Both the position numbers and the translations under genes were made by a program. A DNA stretch of 64,000 nucleotides from Candidatus Poribacteria bacterium. GTDB taxonomy: Bacteria; Poribacteria; WGA-4E; WGA-3G. The stretch is taken from positions 320,001 to 384,000 of the forward strand of contig CAXXUA010000006.1 of assembly GCA_963663765.2 (NCBI GenBank). Direction: 5' to 3'. The notes beneath the pieces were generated by a model. The model searched no databases. It was not told the origin of the DNA and saw nothing but the letters and a program-made list of their open reading frames with translations. Of the stretch, positions 22,490-33,448 are shown in pieces (positions within the stretch are counted from its first letter, which is position 1; each line of letters starts with the position of its first letter).

Positions 22490-24418
22490 CTACTCAATCT
22501 CCCACAGCAGCAACTGCCCCTGCTCATCCAGGCTTGCCAACGTCGTGCCGAACGCAGCGAATTCCAGTTGAACAATATAGTCGCCACCACCAGTAAACGT
22601 CTGCAGCACTGCACCTGTCGTGGCATCCAAGATGTTAATCATCCCTTGAAAATACCCCACCGCGAGTTTCTCCCCATCCGGATGATACGCAAGACAACTC
22701 ACAAAAAGCTGCGGTTGCCCAAAATGTGTGTCGACCATAGAGGTGCTGGTGTCTAACAGGTGAATGTTGCCGTGTCGATCAGCAATTGCGAGTGTGTTCC
22801 CATCCGGACTATAGGTAACACACCTTATGTCCTTTATCTGCGGTTTGATGTCAGGTTTTCTCTCACCAGTGTCCACATCCCAAGAACGCACCTTCCTATC
22901 ATAACCAACAGTTACAATCGTCTTGCTATTTGGACTATAGACGGCATCCTTAATACCATCATTGTCTGCCTTAATACCATCTTTGTGTTCCCTCAGTGTC
23001 CGTTTCTTCTCTTGTATGTTTGCATCCCACACCTGAACAGTATAATCCCCGCAACCCATCACAACCGTGTTCCCATCTGGACTATAGGCAATACACATAA
23101 CACCCTTCCTATTCACCTGCAGTGTCTTTCCCCTTCTGATTTTATTGCGATCCCACAAACGGACTGTGCCTTCATGACTCGCCGTTGCTATCGTTCTGCC
23201 ATCCGGACTGAACGCAACATCAGAAACCCCGTCTTGCCGTCCACTATTGTAAGTTTTTAGTAATTTGCTGGTCGCCGTATCCCAAAGACACATGTAGCTA
23301 TCACTACTCGGAGAGACGATGAACTTGCCATCCGGACTGAAAGCGAAACAGGAAAAATCGCCAAAATGTTCTTTTTCGGTGTGCCTGTTCTTACCGGTAG
23401 CAATGTCCCACACACGCAACGTACCATCAAAACTGCCACTCGCGATGGAACGCATATCGGGACTGAACGAAATCGCTTGAATTGGCTCGCGATGTCCTTT
23501 CAGAATTTGCTTCTGTTCAACTGGACGTATCTGATAGATACTAATTGTATTGAAGAGAAGATTCACAGCGAGCAGGCTACCTTCCGGACTGAAAGCGATG
23601 TCACTTGATTTTCCGAACGTGTGTATCTTTTCCCACGATTCCGTGTTCCAGAGACTGACACTACTAATAAACATCCCCGAATACGCTAACGTTGCACCAT
23701 CCGGACTGAACACCAATTGCACAGGCCACTTATTATCTACTTCAAGCATGTGCATGCGTTCCCCAGAAACCAGATCCCATAACTCCACTTTGTTGTCATT
23801 GCTTTTATTCATTCCAGTCGCAAGCAACATCTCTACTGGACTGATGGCATATCTTTTCACACGACGGCTCAGTTCTTTCGTCTTATCAATCTCGTGCAGT
23901 TTTTTACCGGTATCAAGCGACCAATGTCTGATGTATCCAGCCTTGTCTACTGTCACAAGCAATTTCGCATCAGACGTGATACCGACGACTTGGATATTGT
24001 CTTTGTCATCAATAAAATCTTGCATTTCATCTTTGTCTACAAGTTCATATTGATGCTCGCCTGTTCTGCTGTTCCATAGATTGACATTACCCCTCGTGTC
24101 CAGACTGACAAGCCGTTTACCATCCGGACTGAACACGAGTTGGTCAACAGTCGCACGGGTATTCGTCAGCAAGTGCTGCGGTTGGAATGTGACCGCATCG
24201 TATAGCCAAATGCCGTTAGTTGTTGCGACCGCCAGCTGCCTGCCGTCAACACTGTATTTGACATCGTTTATGATGCCTTTCCCGAGTCGTGCTCTTGCAC
24301 CATCAGGTAAGCCGAAAAAGGTGTGCGGTTCTTGCGCAAAAACATCGGGCAGGTAGAGTGTTGAAAGGGTTAAGATGAGTATGTATATTGTGATGTGTAT
24401 TCGGTTTTTTGTCTGCAT
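22490..24418 (-). CDS. secreted WD40 repeat protein (tandem copy 3)
   Basis: Paralog; start at MQTKN. Confidence 0.92.
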   Translation of the reverse strand: MQTKNRIHITIYILILTLSTLYLPDVFAQEPHTFFGLPDGARARLGKGIINDVKYSVDGRQLAVATTNGIWLYDAVTFQPQHLLTNTRATVDQLVFSPDGKRLVSLDTRGNVNLWNSRTGEHQYELVDKDEMQDFIDDKDNIQVVGITSDAKLLVTVDKAGYIRHWSLDTGKKLHEIDKTKELSRRVKRYAISPVEMLLATGMNKSNDNKVELWDLVSGERMHMLEVDNKWPVQLVFSPDGATLAYSGMFISSVSLWNTESWEKIHTFGKSSDIAFSPEGSLLAVNLLFNTISIYQIRPVEQKQILKGHREPIQAISFSPDMRSIASGSFDGTLRVWDIATGKNRHTEKEHFGDFSCFAFSPDGKFIVSPSSDSYMCLWDTATSKLLKTYNSGRQDGVSDVAFSPDGRTIATASHEGTVRLWDRNKIRRGKTLQVNRKGVMCIAYSPDGNTVVMGCGDYTVQVWDANIQEKKRTLREHKDGIKADNDGIKDAVYSPNSKTIVTVGYDRKVRSWDVDTGERKPDIKPQIKDIRCVTYSPDGNTLAIADRHGNIHLLDTSTSMVDTHFGQPQLFVSCLAYHPDGEKLAVGYFQGMINILDATTGAVLQTFTGGGDYIVQLEFAAFGTTLASLDEQGQLLLWEIE

Positions 24419-24505
24419 GTGTTTGTGCCTCTTGTGCGTTTTCTCAAGGTCAATATATTTATTATACTCAACCTGCAGGATCATGGCAAGGGGTTGTCTG
24501 AATTG

Positions 24506-24627
24506 CAGGGTTATTCAGTTTTAACCATTTTTTACATTTTTGTGAGAAAATCGCGACCGGGAGGTCGCTCCTACCGCGGGGTTTCTTTTTTGAAAAATCC
24601 AAAAATTAGGAAGACTGAATAACCCTG
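24506..24627. mobile_element. MITE (cagggttattcagt...actgaataaccctg) carrying a REP
   Basis: Terminal inverted repeats and 9-bp duplication tctgaattg; identical copy at ~26772-26893. Confidence 0.8.
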
Positions 24628-24746
24628 TCTGAATTGCGTCCTCCGCGCTTTTGTCTGAACCAGGATTTGTAAATCCTGGTTCAGACAATAAACAAGAATA
24701 TCACAAGAGAAAAAGAACCCTACATCAACAGAAAAGGACAAACGAT

Positions 24747-26684
24747 CTACTCAATCTCCCACAGCAGCAACTGCCCCTGCCCATCCAGGCTTGCCAACGT
24801 CGTGCCGAACGAAGCGAATTCCATTTGAATAATTGAGGTGCCACCACCAGTAAACGTCTGCAGCACCGCACCTGTCGTGGAATCTAAGATGTTAATCATC
24901 CCTTGAGAATACCCCACCGTGAGCTTCTCCCCATCCGGATGATACGCAAGGCTACTCACAGAAAGCTGCGGTTGCACAAAATGTGTGTCGACCATAGAGG
25001 TGCTGGTGTTCAACAGATGAATGGTGCCGCGTTGGTCAGCAATTGCAAGTGTGTTCCCATCCGGACTATAGGCAACACACCTTATGTCATTTATCTGCGT
25101 TTTAATGGAGGGTTTTCTCTCGCCAGTGTCCACATCCCAAAGACGTATCGTCGCACTAGCAGCAACAACCGCAAGCGTGTTCCCATTCGGATTATAGACG
25201 ACCTCCTTAATTCTATTTACATGTCCTCTAAATGTCCGTTTCTTCACTTGTATGTTTGCATCCCACACCTGAACAGTATCATCCCCGCAACCCATCGCAA
25301 CCGTGTTCCCATCTGGACTATAGGCAATACACATAACACCCTTCCTATTCACCTCCAGCATCTTTCCCCTTCTAATCTTGTTGCGATCCAACAAACGGAT
25401 TGTGCCGTTCCGACTCGTTGTTGTTATCGTTCTGCCATCCGGACTGAACGCAACATCAGAAACTAAGGTTTGTCGTCCTATATTGTAAGTTTTTAGTAAT
25501 TTGCCGGTCGCCGTATCCCAAAGACACATGTAGCTATCACTACTCGGAGAGACGATGAACTTGCCATCCGGACTGAAAGCGAAACAAGAAAAATCGCCAA
25601 AATGTTCTTTTTCGGTGTGCTTGTTCTTACCGGTAGCAATGTCCCACACACGCAACGTTCCATCACGACTGCCACTCGCGATGGAACGCATATCGGGACT
25701 GAACGAAATCGCTTGAATTCGCTCGCGATGTCCTTTCAGCATTTGCTTCTGTTCAACTGGATGTATCTGATAGATACTAATTGTATTGAAGAGAAACCCG
25801 ACGGCGAGCAGGCTACCCTCTGGACTGAAAGCGATGTCACTTGAATTGCCGATATTCGCACCGAACGTGTGTATCTTTTCCCACGATTCTGTGTTCCAGA
25901 GACTGACACCATCAAAGAGTCCAGAACTCGCAAACGTTGTACCATCTGGACTGAACACCAGCCGATCAGGTGACCATTCATCTACTTCAAGCGTGTGCAT
26001 GCGTTCCCCAGAAAGCAGATCCCACAACTCCACTGTGTTTTCATTGTTTTTATGAATACCAACCGCAAGCAACATATCCATCGGACTGATGGCATAACCT
26101 CTGTGACGACGGCTCAGTTCTTTAATCTTACCAATCTCGTGCAGTTTTTTACCGGTATCAAGCGACCAATGTTTGATGTAACCAGCACTGTCTCCTGTCA
26201 CAAGCGATTTCGCATCTTGCGTGATACCGACGACTTGGACATTGTCTTTGACTACAAGATGTTCGTGTATATGTTGATCCCCGTCTACAAGCCGAACTCG
26301 GTCTACAAGTTTATATTGATGCTCACCCGTTTTGCTGTTCCATAGATTGACATTACCCCTCTTGTCTAGACCGGCAAGCCGTTCACCATCCGGACTGAAC
26401 ACGAGTTGGTCAACAGAGGCACGGGAATTCGTCAGTAAGTGCTGCGGTTGGAATGTGACCGCATCGTATAGCCAAATGCCGTTAGATGTTGCCACCGCCA
26501 GCTGCCTGCCGTCAATACTGTATTTGACGTCGTATATAAGTCCTTTACCGAGTCGTGCTCTTGCACCATCAGGTAAGCCGAAAAAGGTGTGCGGTTCTTG
26601 CGCAAAGACTTCGGGCAGGTAGAGTGTTGAAAGGATCAAGATGAGTATGTATATTGTGATGTGTATTCGGTTTTTTGTCTGCAT
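24747..26684 (-). CDS. secreted WD40 repeat protein (tandem copy 4)
   Basis: Paralog; start at MQTKN. Confidence 0.92.
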   Translation of the reverse strand: MQTKNRIHITIYILILILSTLYLPEVFAQEPHTFFGLPDGARARLGKGLIYDVKYSIDGRQLAVATSNGIWLYDAVTFQPQHLLTNSRASVDQLVFSPDGERLAGLDKRGNVNLWNSKTGEHQYKLVDRVRLVDGDQHIHEHLVVKDNVQVVGITQDAKSLVTGDSAGYIKHWSLDTGKKLHEIGKIKELSRRHRGYAISPMDMLLAVGIHKNNENTVELWDLLSGERMHTLEVDEWSPDRLVFSPDGTTFASSGLFDGVSLWNTESWEKIHTFGANIGNSSDIAFSPEGSLLAVGFLFNTISIYQIHPVEQKQMLKGHRERIQAISFSPDMRSIASGSRDGTLRVWDIATGKNKHTEKEHFGDFSCFAFSPDGKFIVSPSSDSYMCLWDTATGKLLKTYNIGRQTLVSDVAFSPDGRTITTTSRNGTIRLLDRNKIRRGKMLEVNRKGVMCIAYSPDGNTVAMGCGDDTVQVWDANIQVKKRTFRGHVNRIKEVVYNPNGNTLAVVAASATIRLWDVDTGERKPSIKTQINDIRCVAYSPDGNTLAIADQRGTIHLLNTSTSMVDTHFVQPQLSVSSLAYHPDGEKLTVGYSQGMINILDSTTGAVLQTFTGGGTSIIQMEFASFGTTLASLDGQGQLLLWEIE

Positions 26685-27012
26685 GTGTGTGTGCCTCCTG
26701 TGCGTTTTCTCAAGGTTAATATATTTTTTATACTCAACCTGCAGGATCATGACAAGGGGTTGTCTGAATTGCAGGGTTATTCAGTTTTAACCATTTTTTA
26801 CATTTTTGTGAGAAAATCGCGACCGGGAGGTCGCTCCTACCGCGGGGTTTCTTTTTTGAAAAATCCAAAAATTAGGAAGACTGAATAACCCTGTCTGAAT
26901 TGCGTCCTCCGCGCTTTTGTCTGAACCATGATTTGAAAATCCTGGTTCAGACAATAAACAAGAATATCACAAGAGAAAAAGAACCCTACATCAACAGAAA
27001 AGGACAAACGAT

Positions 27013-28962
27013 CTACTCAATCTCCCACAGCAGCAACTGCCCCTGCCTATCCAGGCTTGCCAACGTCGTGCCGAACGCAGCGAATTCCAGTTGAAAAACT
27101 GAGGTGCCACCACCATTAAACGTCTGCAGCACTGCACCTGTCGTGGCATCCAAGATGTGAATCTTCTCTTGAGAATACCCCACCGCGAGTTTCTCCCCAT
27201 CCGGATGATACGCAAGGCTATTCACAGAAAGCTGCGGTTGTCCAAAATGTGTTTTGACCTTATAGGTGCTGGTGTCCAACAGATGAATGGTGCCGCGTTG
27301 GTCAGCAATTGCGAGTGTGTTCCCATCCGGACTATAGGCAACACACCTTATGTCATTTATCTGCGGTTTGATGTCAGGTTTTCTCTCGTCGGTTTCCGCA
27401 TCCCAGAAACGCACCTTCCTATCATAACTGACAGTCACAAGCGTCTTCTTGTCCGGACTATAGGCGACATCCCTAATACTATTATTCTGTCCCCTAATAC
27501 TCTCTTTATATTCCATAAGTGTCCGTTTCCTCTGGTGTGTGTCCGCATCCCACATCTGAACAGTATTATCCCCGCAACCCATTACCAACGTGTTCCCATC
27601 CGGACTATAGGTGACACTCCAAACCCCACCCATATCCACCAGCAGCGTCTTTCCCCTTCTGATTTTGTTGCGATCCAACAAACGGACTGTGCCGTTCCGA
27701 CTTGCAGTTACTATCGTTCTACCATCCGGACTGAACGCAACATCATCAACCCAGTCTTGTCGTTCACTATTGTAAGTTCTTAGTAATTTACCGGTCGCCG
27801 TATCCCAAAGACACATGTAGCTTTCCCTACTCGGAGAGACGATGGACTTACTATCCGGACTGAAAGCGAAACAGGAAAAACCGCCAAAATGTTCTTTTTC
27901 GGTGTGCCTGTTCTTACCGGCAGCAACGTCCCACACACGCAACGTGCCATCACGACTGCCACTGGCAATGGAACGCATATCCGGACTGAACGAAATCGCT
28001 TGAATTGGCTCTCGATGTCCTTTCAGAATTTGCTTCTGTTCGGCTGTGCTTGTCTGGTAAATTACAATTGAATTGAAGTTTTGATCCACAGCGAAGAGAC
28101 TACCTTCTGGACTGAAAGCGATGCGGATTGAACCACCGAACTTACCAGCAATTGTATGTGTCTGTTTCCATCTCTCCGTGTTCCAGATACTGACACCACT
28201 AAACATACCCAAATACGCCAACGTTGTGCCATCCGGACTGAACACCAGCCAATCAAGTGACCATTCATTTATTTCAAGCGTGTGCAAACGTTCCCCAGAA
28301 AGTAGGTCCCACAACTTCACTTGATTGTTATAAGGTCCAGTCGCAAGCAACATATCTACGGGACTGATCGCATAAGTATGCACACCTTCATGCAGTTCTT
28401 TAATCTTACCAATCTCATGTTGTTTTTTACCGGTATCAAGCGACCAATGTTTGATGTGTCCAGCATTGTCTACTGTCACAAGCAATTTCGCATTAGACGT
28501 GATACCGACGACTTGGATATTGTCTTCGACTACAAGATGTTCGTGTATATGTTGATCCCCGTCTACAAGCCGAACTCGGTCTACAAGTTTATATTGATGC
28601 TCACCCGTTTTGCTGTTCCATAGATTGACATTACCCCTCTTGTCTAGACCGGCAAGCCGTTCACCATCCGGACTGAACACGAGTTGGTCAACAGAGGCAC
28701 GGGAATTCGTCAGTAAGTGCTGCGGTTGGAATGTGACCGCATCGTATAGCCAAATGCCGTTAGATGTTGCCACCGCCAGCTGCCTGCCGTCAATACTGTA
28801 TTTGACGTCGTATATAAGTCCTTTACCGAGTCGTGCTCTTGCACCATCAGGTAAGCCGAAAAAGGTGTGTGGTTCTTGCGCAAAAACATCGGGCAGGTAG
28901 AGTGTTGAAAGGGTCAAGATGAGTATGTATATTGTGATGTGCATTCGGTTTTTGGTCTGCAT
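27013..28962 (-). CDS. secreted WD40 repeat protein (tandem copy 5)
   Basis: Paralog. Confidence 0.92.
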   Translation of the reverse strand: MQTKNRMHITIYILILTLSTLYLPDVFAQEPHTFFGLPDGARARLGKGLIYDVKYSIDGRQLAVATSNGIWLYDAVTFQPQHLLTNSRASVDQLVFSPDGERLAGLDKRGNVNLWNSKTGEHQYKLVDRVRLVDGDQHIHEHLVVEDNIQVVGITSNAKLLVTVDNAGHIKHWSLDTGKKQHEIGKIKELHEGVHTYAISPVDMLLATGPYNNQVKLWDLLSGERLHTLEINEWSLDWLVFSPDGTTLAYLGMFSGVSIWNTERWKQTHTIAGKFGGSIRIAFSPEGSLFAVDQNFNSIVIYQTSTAEQKQILKGHREPIQAISFSPDMRSIASGSRDGTLRVWDVAAGKNRHTEKEHFGGFSCFAFSPDSKSIVSPSRESYMCLWDTATGKLLRTYNSERQDWVDDVAFSPDGRTIVTASRNGTVRLLDRNKIRRGKTLLVDMGGVWSVTYSPDGNTLVMGCGDNTVQMWDADTHQRKRTLMEYKESIRGQNNSIRDVAYSPDKKTLVTVSYDRKVRFWDAETDERKPDIKPQINDIRCVAYSPDGNTLAIADQRGTIHLLDTSTYKVKTHFGQPQLSVNSLAYHPDGEKLAVGYSQEKIHILDATTGAVLQTFNGGGTSVFQLEFAAFGTTLASLDRQGQLLLWEIE

Positions 28963-29159
28963 GTGTGTGTGCCGTGCGTTTTTATTAAGTCAATATGTAT
29001 ATATATTATACCCAACCTGCCAGGATCATGACAAGGGGTTGTCTGAATTGCGTCCTCCGTGCTTTTGTCTGAACCAGGATTTACAAGATTTTCGGATTTC
29101 CAGGATTATGAGTTTGACGCGTTATCCACCTAACCAAAAGTAAGCATAAACGCGCATCA

Positions 29160-30720
29160 TATATACCTGGATGTGGGACATCTTGTCCATCCAGGTTCAG
29201 ACAATACACCCGCGGACAGTCGCGACCGGGAGGTCGCTCCTACCAAGAGGGTTTCTCCGCGTGCCTCCGCATCCTCTGGGATTTTGTCTGAACCTGGATT
29301 TTCAGGATTTTGTGATTTTCAGGATTAGTGTCTTGTGCGGTCTGATGCTATTCACAAGGAAGCCAAAACGCACACAAAAATACCTGGATGTGGGAAATCC
29401 TCTCCATCTGGTAATCCTGTACTTCCTGGTTCAGACAATACACCCGCGGACAGTCGCGACCGGGAGGTCGCTCCTACCAAGAGGGTTTCTCCGCGTGCCT
29501 CCGCATCCTCTGGGATTTTGTCTGAACCTGGATTTTCAGGATTTTGTGATTTTCAGGATTAGTGTCTTGTGCGGTCTGATGCTATTCACAAGGAAGCCAA
29601 AACGCACACAAAAATACCTGGATGTGGGAAATCCTCTCCATCTGGTAATCCTGTACTTCCTGGTTCAGACAATACACCCGCGGACAGTCGCGACCGGGAG
29701 GTCGCTCCTACCAAGAGGGCTTCTCCGCGTGCCTCCGCATCCTCTGGGATTTTGTCTGAACCTGGATTTTCAGGATTTTGTGATTTTCAGGATTAGTGTC
29801 TTGTGCGGTCTGATGCTATTCACAAGGAAGCCAAAACGCACACAAAAATACCTGGATGTGGGAAATCCTCTCCATCTGGTAATCTTGTCCATCCAAGTTC
29901 AGACAATACACCCGCGGACAGTCGCGACCGGGAGGTCGCTCCTACCAAGAGGGCTTCTCCGCGTGCCTCCGCATCCTCTGGGATTTTGTCTGAACCAGGA
30001 TTTTCAGGATTTTGTGATTTTCAGGATTAGTGTCTTGTGCGGTCTGATGCTATTCACAAGGAAGCCAAAACGCACACAAAAATACCTGGATGTGGGAAAT
30101 CCTCTCCATCTGGTAATCTTGTCCATCCAGGTTCAGACAATACACCCGCGGACAGTCGCGACCGGGAGGTCGCTCCTACCAAGAGGGTTTCTCCGCGTGC
30201 CTCCGCATCCTCTGGGATTTTGTCTGAACCTGGATTTTCAGGATTTTGTGATTTTCAGGATTAGTGTCTTGTGCGGTCTGATGCTATTCACAAGGAAGCC
30301 AAAACGCACACAAAAAATACCTGGATGTGGGAAATCCTCTCCATCTGGTAATCCTGTACTTCCTGGTTCAGACAATACACCCGTGGACAGTCGCGACCGG
30401 GAGGTCGCTCCTACCAAGAGGGCTTCTCCGCGTCCTCCGCATCCTCTGGGATTTTGTCTGAACCTGGATTTTCAGGATTTTGTGATTTTCAGGATTAGTG
30501 TCTTGTGCGGTCTGATGCTATTCACAAGGAAGCCTAAACCCACACAAAAATACCTGGATGTGGGAAATCTTGTCCATCCAGGTTCAGACAATACACCCGC
30601 GGACAGTCGCGACCGGGAGGTCGCTCCTACCAAGAGGGTTTCTCCGCGTGCCTCCGCATCCTCTGGGATTTTGTCTGAACCTGGATTTTCAGGATTTACG
30701 GATTACCAGGATTTTTCTCA
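29160..30720. repeat. 234-bp composite tandem repeat (~6.5 copies)
   Basis: Unit combines the tgtctgaacc...ggttcagaca inverted-repeat element and the gtcgcgaccgggaggtcgctcctac REP; period 234 (ORF starts at 29335, 29569, 29803, 30037). Confidence 0.92.
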
Positions 30721-30831
30721 TCTATGTTTTTTGGTGTGCGTTATACTTACTTTTGGTTAGGAGCATAACGAGCCAAACCCATAATCTTGGAAATCTGTAA
30801 ATCCTGTAAATCCTGGTTCAGACAAATAACA

Positions 30832-31893
30832 TCACTCACGCACATCCCACATGCGCACGGTGTTGTCCGAACTAGCACTGGCAAGGGCATTACCATCCGG
30901 ACTGAACGCTACGTTGTTGACATAATTCGTATGCCCTGTGAGTGTGCGGATATGTGTGCCATCACTTATGTTCCACAAACGGACGGTATCGTCACCACTG
31001 CCACTTGCGATAGTGCTCCCATCCGGACTGAACGCTACGGTGGTGACAAAAATCGTATGCCCTATGAGTGTGCGGATATGTGTGCCATCACTTGCGTTCC
31101 ACATGCGCACGGTGTTGTCACCACTGCCACTTGCGATAGTGCTCCCATCCGGACTAAACGTTACGCTGTAGACCCAATGTGTATGCCCTGTAAGGGTTTG
31201 GATATGTGTGCCATCACTTGTGTTCCACAATCGGATGGTTCTGTCAACACTGCCACTTGCGATAGTGCTCCCATCCGGACTAAACGTTACACTGTAGACC
31301 CAATCCGTATGTCCTGTGAGTGTGCGGATATGCGTGCCGTTATTTGTGTTCCACAAACGGATGGTATTGTCAACACTGGCACTTGCGATTGTGCTCCCAT
31401 CCGGACTAAACGCTACGCTGTAGACCCAATGTGTATGCCCTGTGAGTGTGCGGATATGTGTGCCGTTATTTGCGTTCCACAAACGGATGGTGTTGTCCCG
31501 ACTTCCACTTGCGATTATGCTCCCATCCGGACTAAACGCTACGTTGCGGACCCAATCTGTATGTCCTGTGAGTGTTCGGATATGTGTGCCATCATTTGCG
31601 TTCCACAAACGGATGGTGTTGTCCGAACTACAACTTGCGAGTATGCTCCCATCCGGACTAAACGCTACGCTGGTGACAAAATCAGTATGTCCTGTGAGAG
31701 TGCCGACAAAATAGACTTTTTCCGGTTCCTCCGGTTCTTCCGGTTCTTCCGGTTTGGTTCCATTCTTTTGGTTATCCATGTTGTTAGCCATCATTTGGTG
31801 GTCTTTATCTGTTGAGTCAACATTATCATCGCCGCCACACGCGACCATTATAATGCAGAGGAAAAGGCTGAGTATCACTAAACTTCTTTTCAT
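30832..31893 (-). CDS. WD40 repeat lipoprotein
   Basis: Lipobox 'MVACGG'; 7 highly regular 42-aa WD repeats; RBS aaggag. Confidence 0.92.
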   Translation of the reverse strand: MKRSLVILSLFLCIIMVACGGDDNVDSTDKDHQMMANNMDNQKNGTKPEEPEEPEEPEKVYFVGTLTGHTDFVTSVAFSPDGSILASCSSDNTIRLWNANDGTHIRTLTGHTDWVRNVAFSPDGSIIASGSRDNTIRLWNANNGTHIRTLTGHTHWVYSVAFSPDGSTIASASVDNTIRLWNTNNGTHIRTLTGHTDWVYSVTFSPDGSTIASGSVDRTIRLWNTSDGTHIQTLTGHTHWVYSVTFSPDGSTIASGSGDNTVRMWNASDGTHIRTLIGHTIFVTTVAFSPDGSTIASGSGDDTVRLWNISDGTHIRTLTGHTNYVNNVAFSPDGNALASASSDNTVRMWDVRE

Positions 31894-32034
31894 ATATAAC
31901 TCCTTGTGTATGTAATATCTTGACATATTACAACATCAACGAAAACATATCAATCTTTGTCTCACTTGAGAGGTGTGTACGATGCGTCTTGTGGTTGGGG
32001 TTTTCAACCCCGATCGTCAAAACCCATGCAGTGT

Positions 32035-33260
32035 CCTCTGTGCTTTTGTCTGAACCAGGATTTTCAGGATTTACGGATTTTAAGGATTAGTGTCTTGTGC
32101 GGTCTGATGCTATTCACAAGGAAGCCTAAACGCACACAAAAATACCTGGATGTGGGAAATCTTGTCCATCTGGTAATCCTGTACATCCAGGTTCAGACAA
32201 TACACCCGAGGACAGTCGCGACCGGGAGGTCGCTCCTACCAAGAGGGCTTCTCCGCGTGCCTCCGCGTCCTCTGTGCTTTTGTCTGAACCAGGATTTTCA
32301 GGATTTTGTGATTTTCAGGATTAGTGTCTTGTGCGGTCTGATGCTATTCACAAGGAAGCCTAAACGCACACAAAAATACCTGGATGTGGGAAATCTTGTC
32401 CATCTGGTAATCCTGTACATCCAGGTTCAGACAATACACCCGCGGACAGTCGCGACCGGGAGGTCGCTCCTACCAAGAGGGCTTCTCCGCGTGCCTCCGC
32501 GTCCTCTGTGCTTTTGTCTGAACCAGGATTTTCAGGATTTTGTGATTTTCAGGATTAGTGTCTTGTGCGGTCTGATGCTATTCACAAGGAAGCCTAAACG
32601 CACACAAAAATACCTGGATGTGGGAAATCCTCTCCATCTGGTAATCTTGTCCATCCAGGTTCAGACAATACACCCGCGGACAGTCGCGACCGGGAGGTCG
32701 CTCCTACCAAGAGGGCTTCTCCGCGTGCCTCCGCGTCCTCTGTGCTTTTGTCTGAACCAGGATTTTCAGGATTTACGGATTTTTAGGATTAGTGTCTTGT
32801 GCGGTCTGATGCTATTCACAAGGAAGCCTAAACGCACACAAAAATACCTGGATGTGGGAAATCCTATCCATCTGGTAATCCTGTACATCCTGGTTCAGAC
32901 AATACACCCGAGGACAGTCGCGACCGGGAGGTCGCTCCTACCAAGAGGGTTTCTCCGCGTGCCTCCGCATCCTCTGGGATTTTGTCTGAACCAGGATTTT
33001 CAGGATTTACGGATTTTTAGGATTAGTGTCTTGTGCGGTCTGATGCTATTCACAAGGAAGCCTAAACGCACACAAAAATACCTGGATGTGGGAAATCCTA
33101 TCCATCTGGTAATCCTGTACATCCTGGTTCAGACAATACACCCGCGGACAGTCGCGACCGGGAGGTCGCTCCTACCAAGAGGGCTTCTCCGCGTGCCTCC
33201 GCGTCCTCTGAGATTTTGACTGAACCAGGATTTTCAGGATTTTGTGATTACCAGGATTTC
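32035..33260. repeat. 234-bp composite tandem repeat (~5 copies)
   Basis: Same unit and orientation as 29160-30720. Confidence 0.92.
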
Positions 33261-33448
33261 CCACATCCAGGTATATATGATGTGCGTTTAGGCTTACTTT
33301 TAGATAGGGTCAGACTGCACCGAACTTTAATCCTGAAAATCTGGTAATCCTGTCCATCCTGGTTCAGACAATTGGAGCAACCCCCTTGCAAGAAACCTGA
33401 CAAATTTGGTATACTACACCAACAAATAACAAAAATGGAGATATACAC

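Noticed and set aside
17951-28962. Diversity-generating retroelement behind the WD40 variation
   Set aside because: No reverse transcriptase or template repeat seen; differences are block-wise and not evidently adenine-specific
30787-31815. 342-aa Cys-rich ORF on the plus strand
   Set aside because: Antisense shadow of the WD40 lipoprotein gene; the same applies to similar ORFs opposite the other WD40 genes
29171-33219. 529-aa and 420-aa 78-residue-repeat ORFs
   Set aside because: Consequence of a 234-bp (multiple of 3) unit built from non-coding palindromic elements; one copy shifts frame
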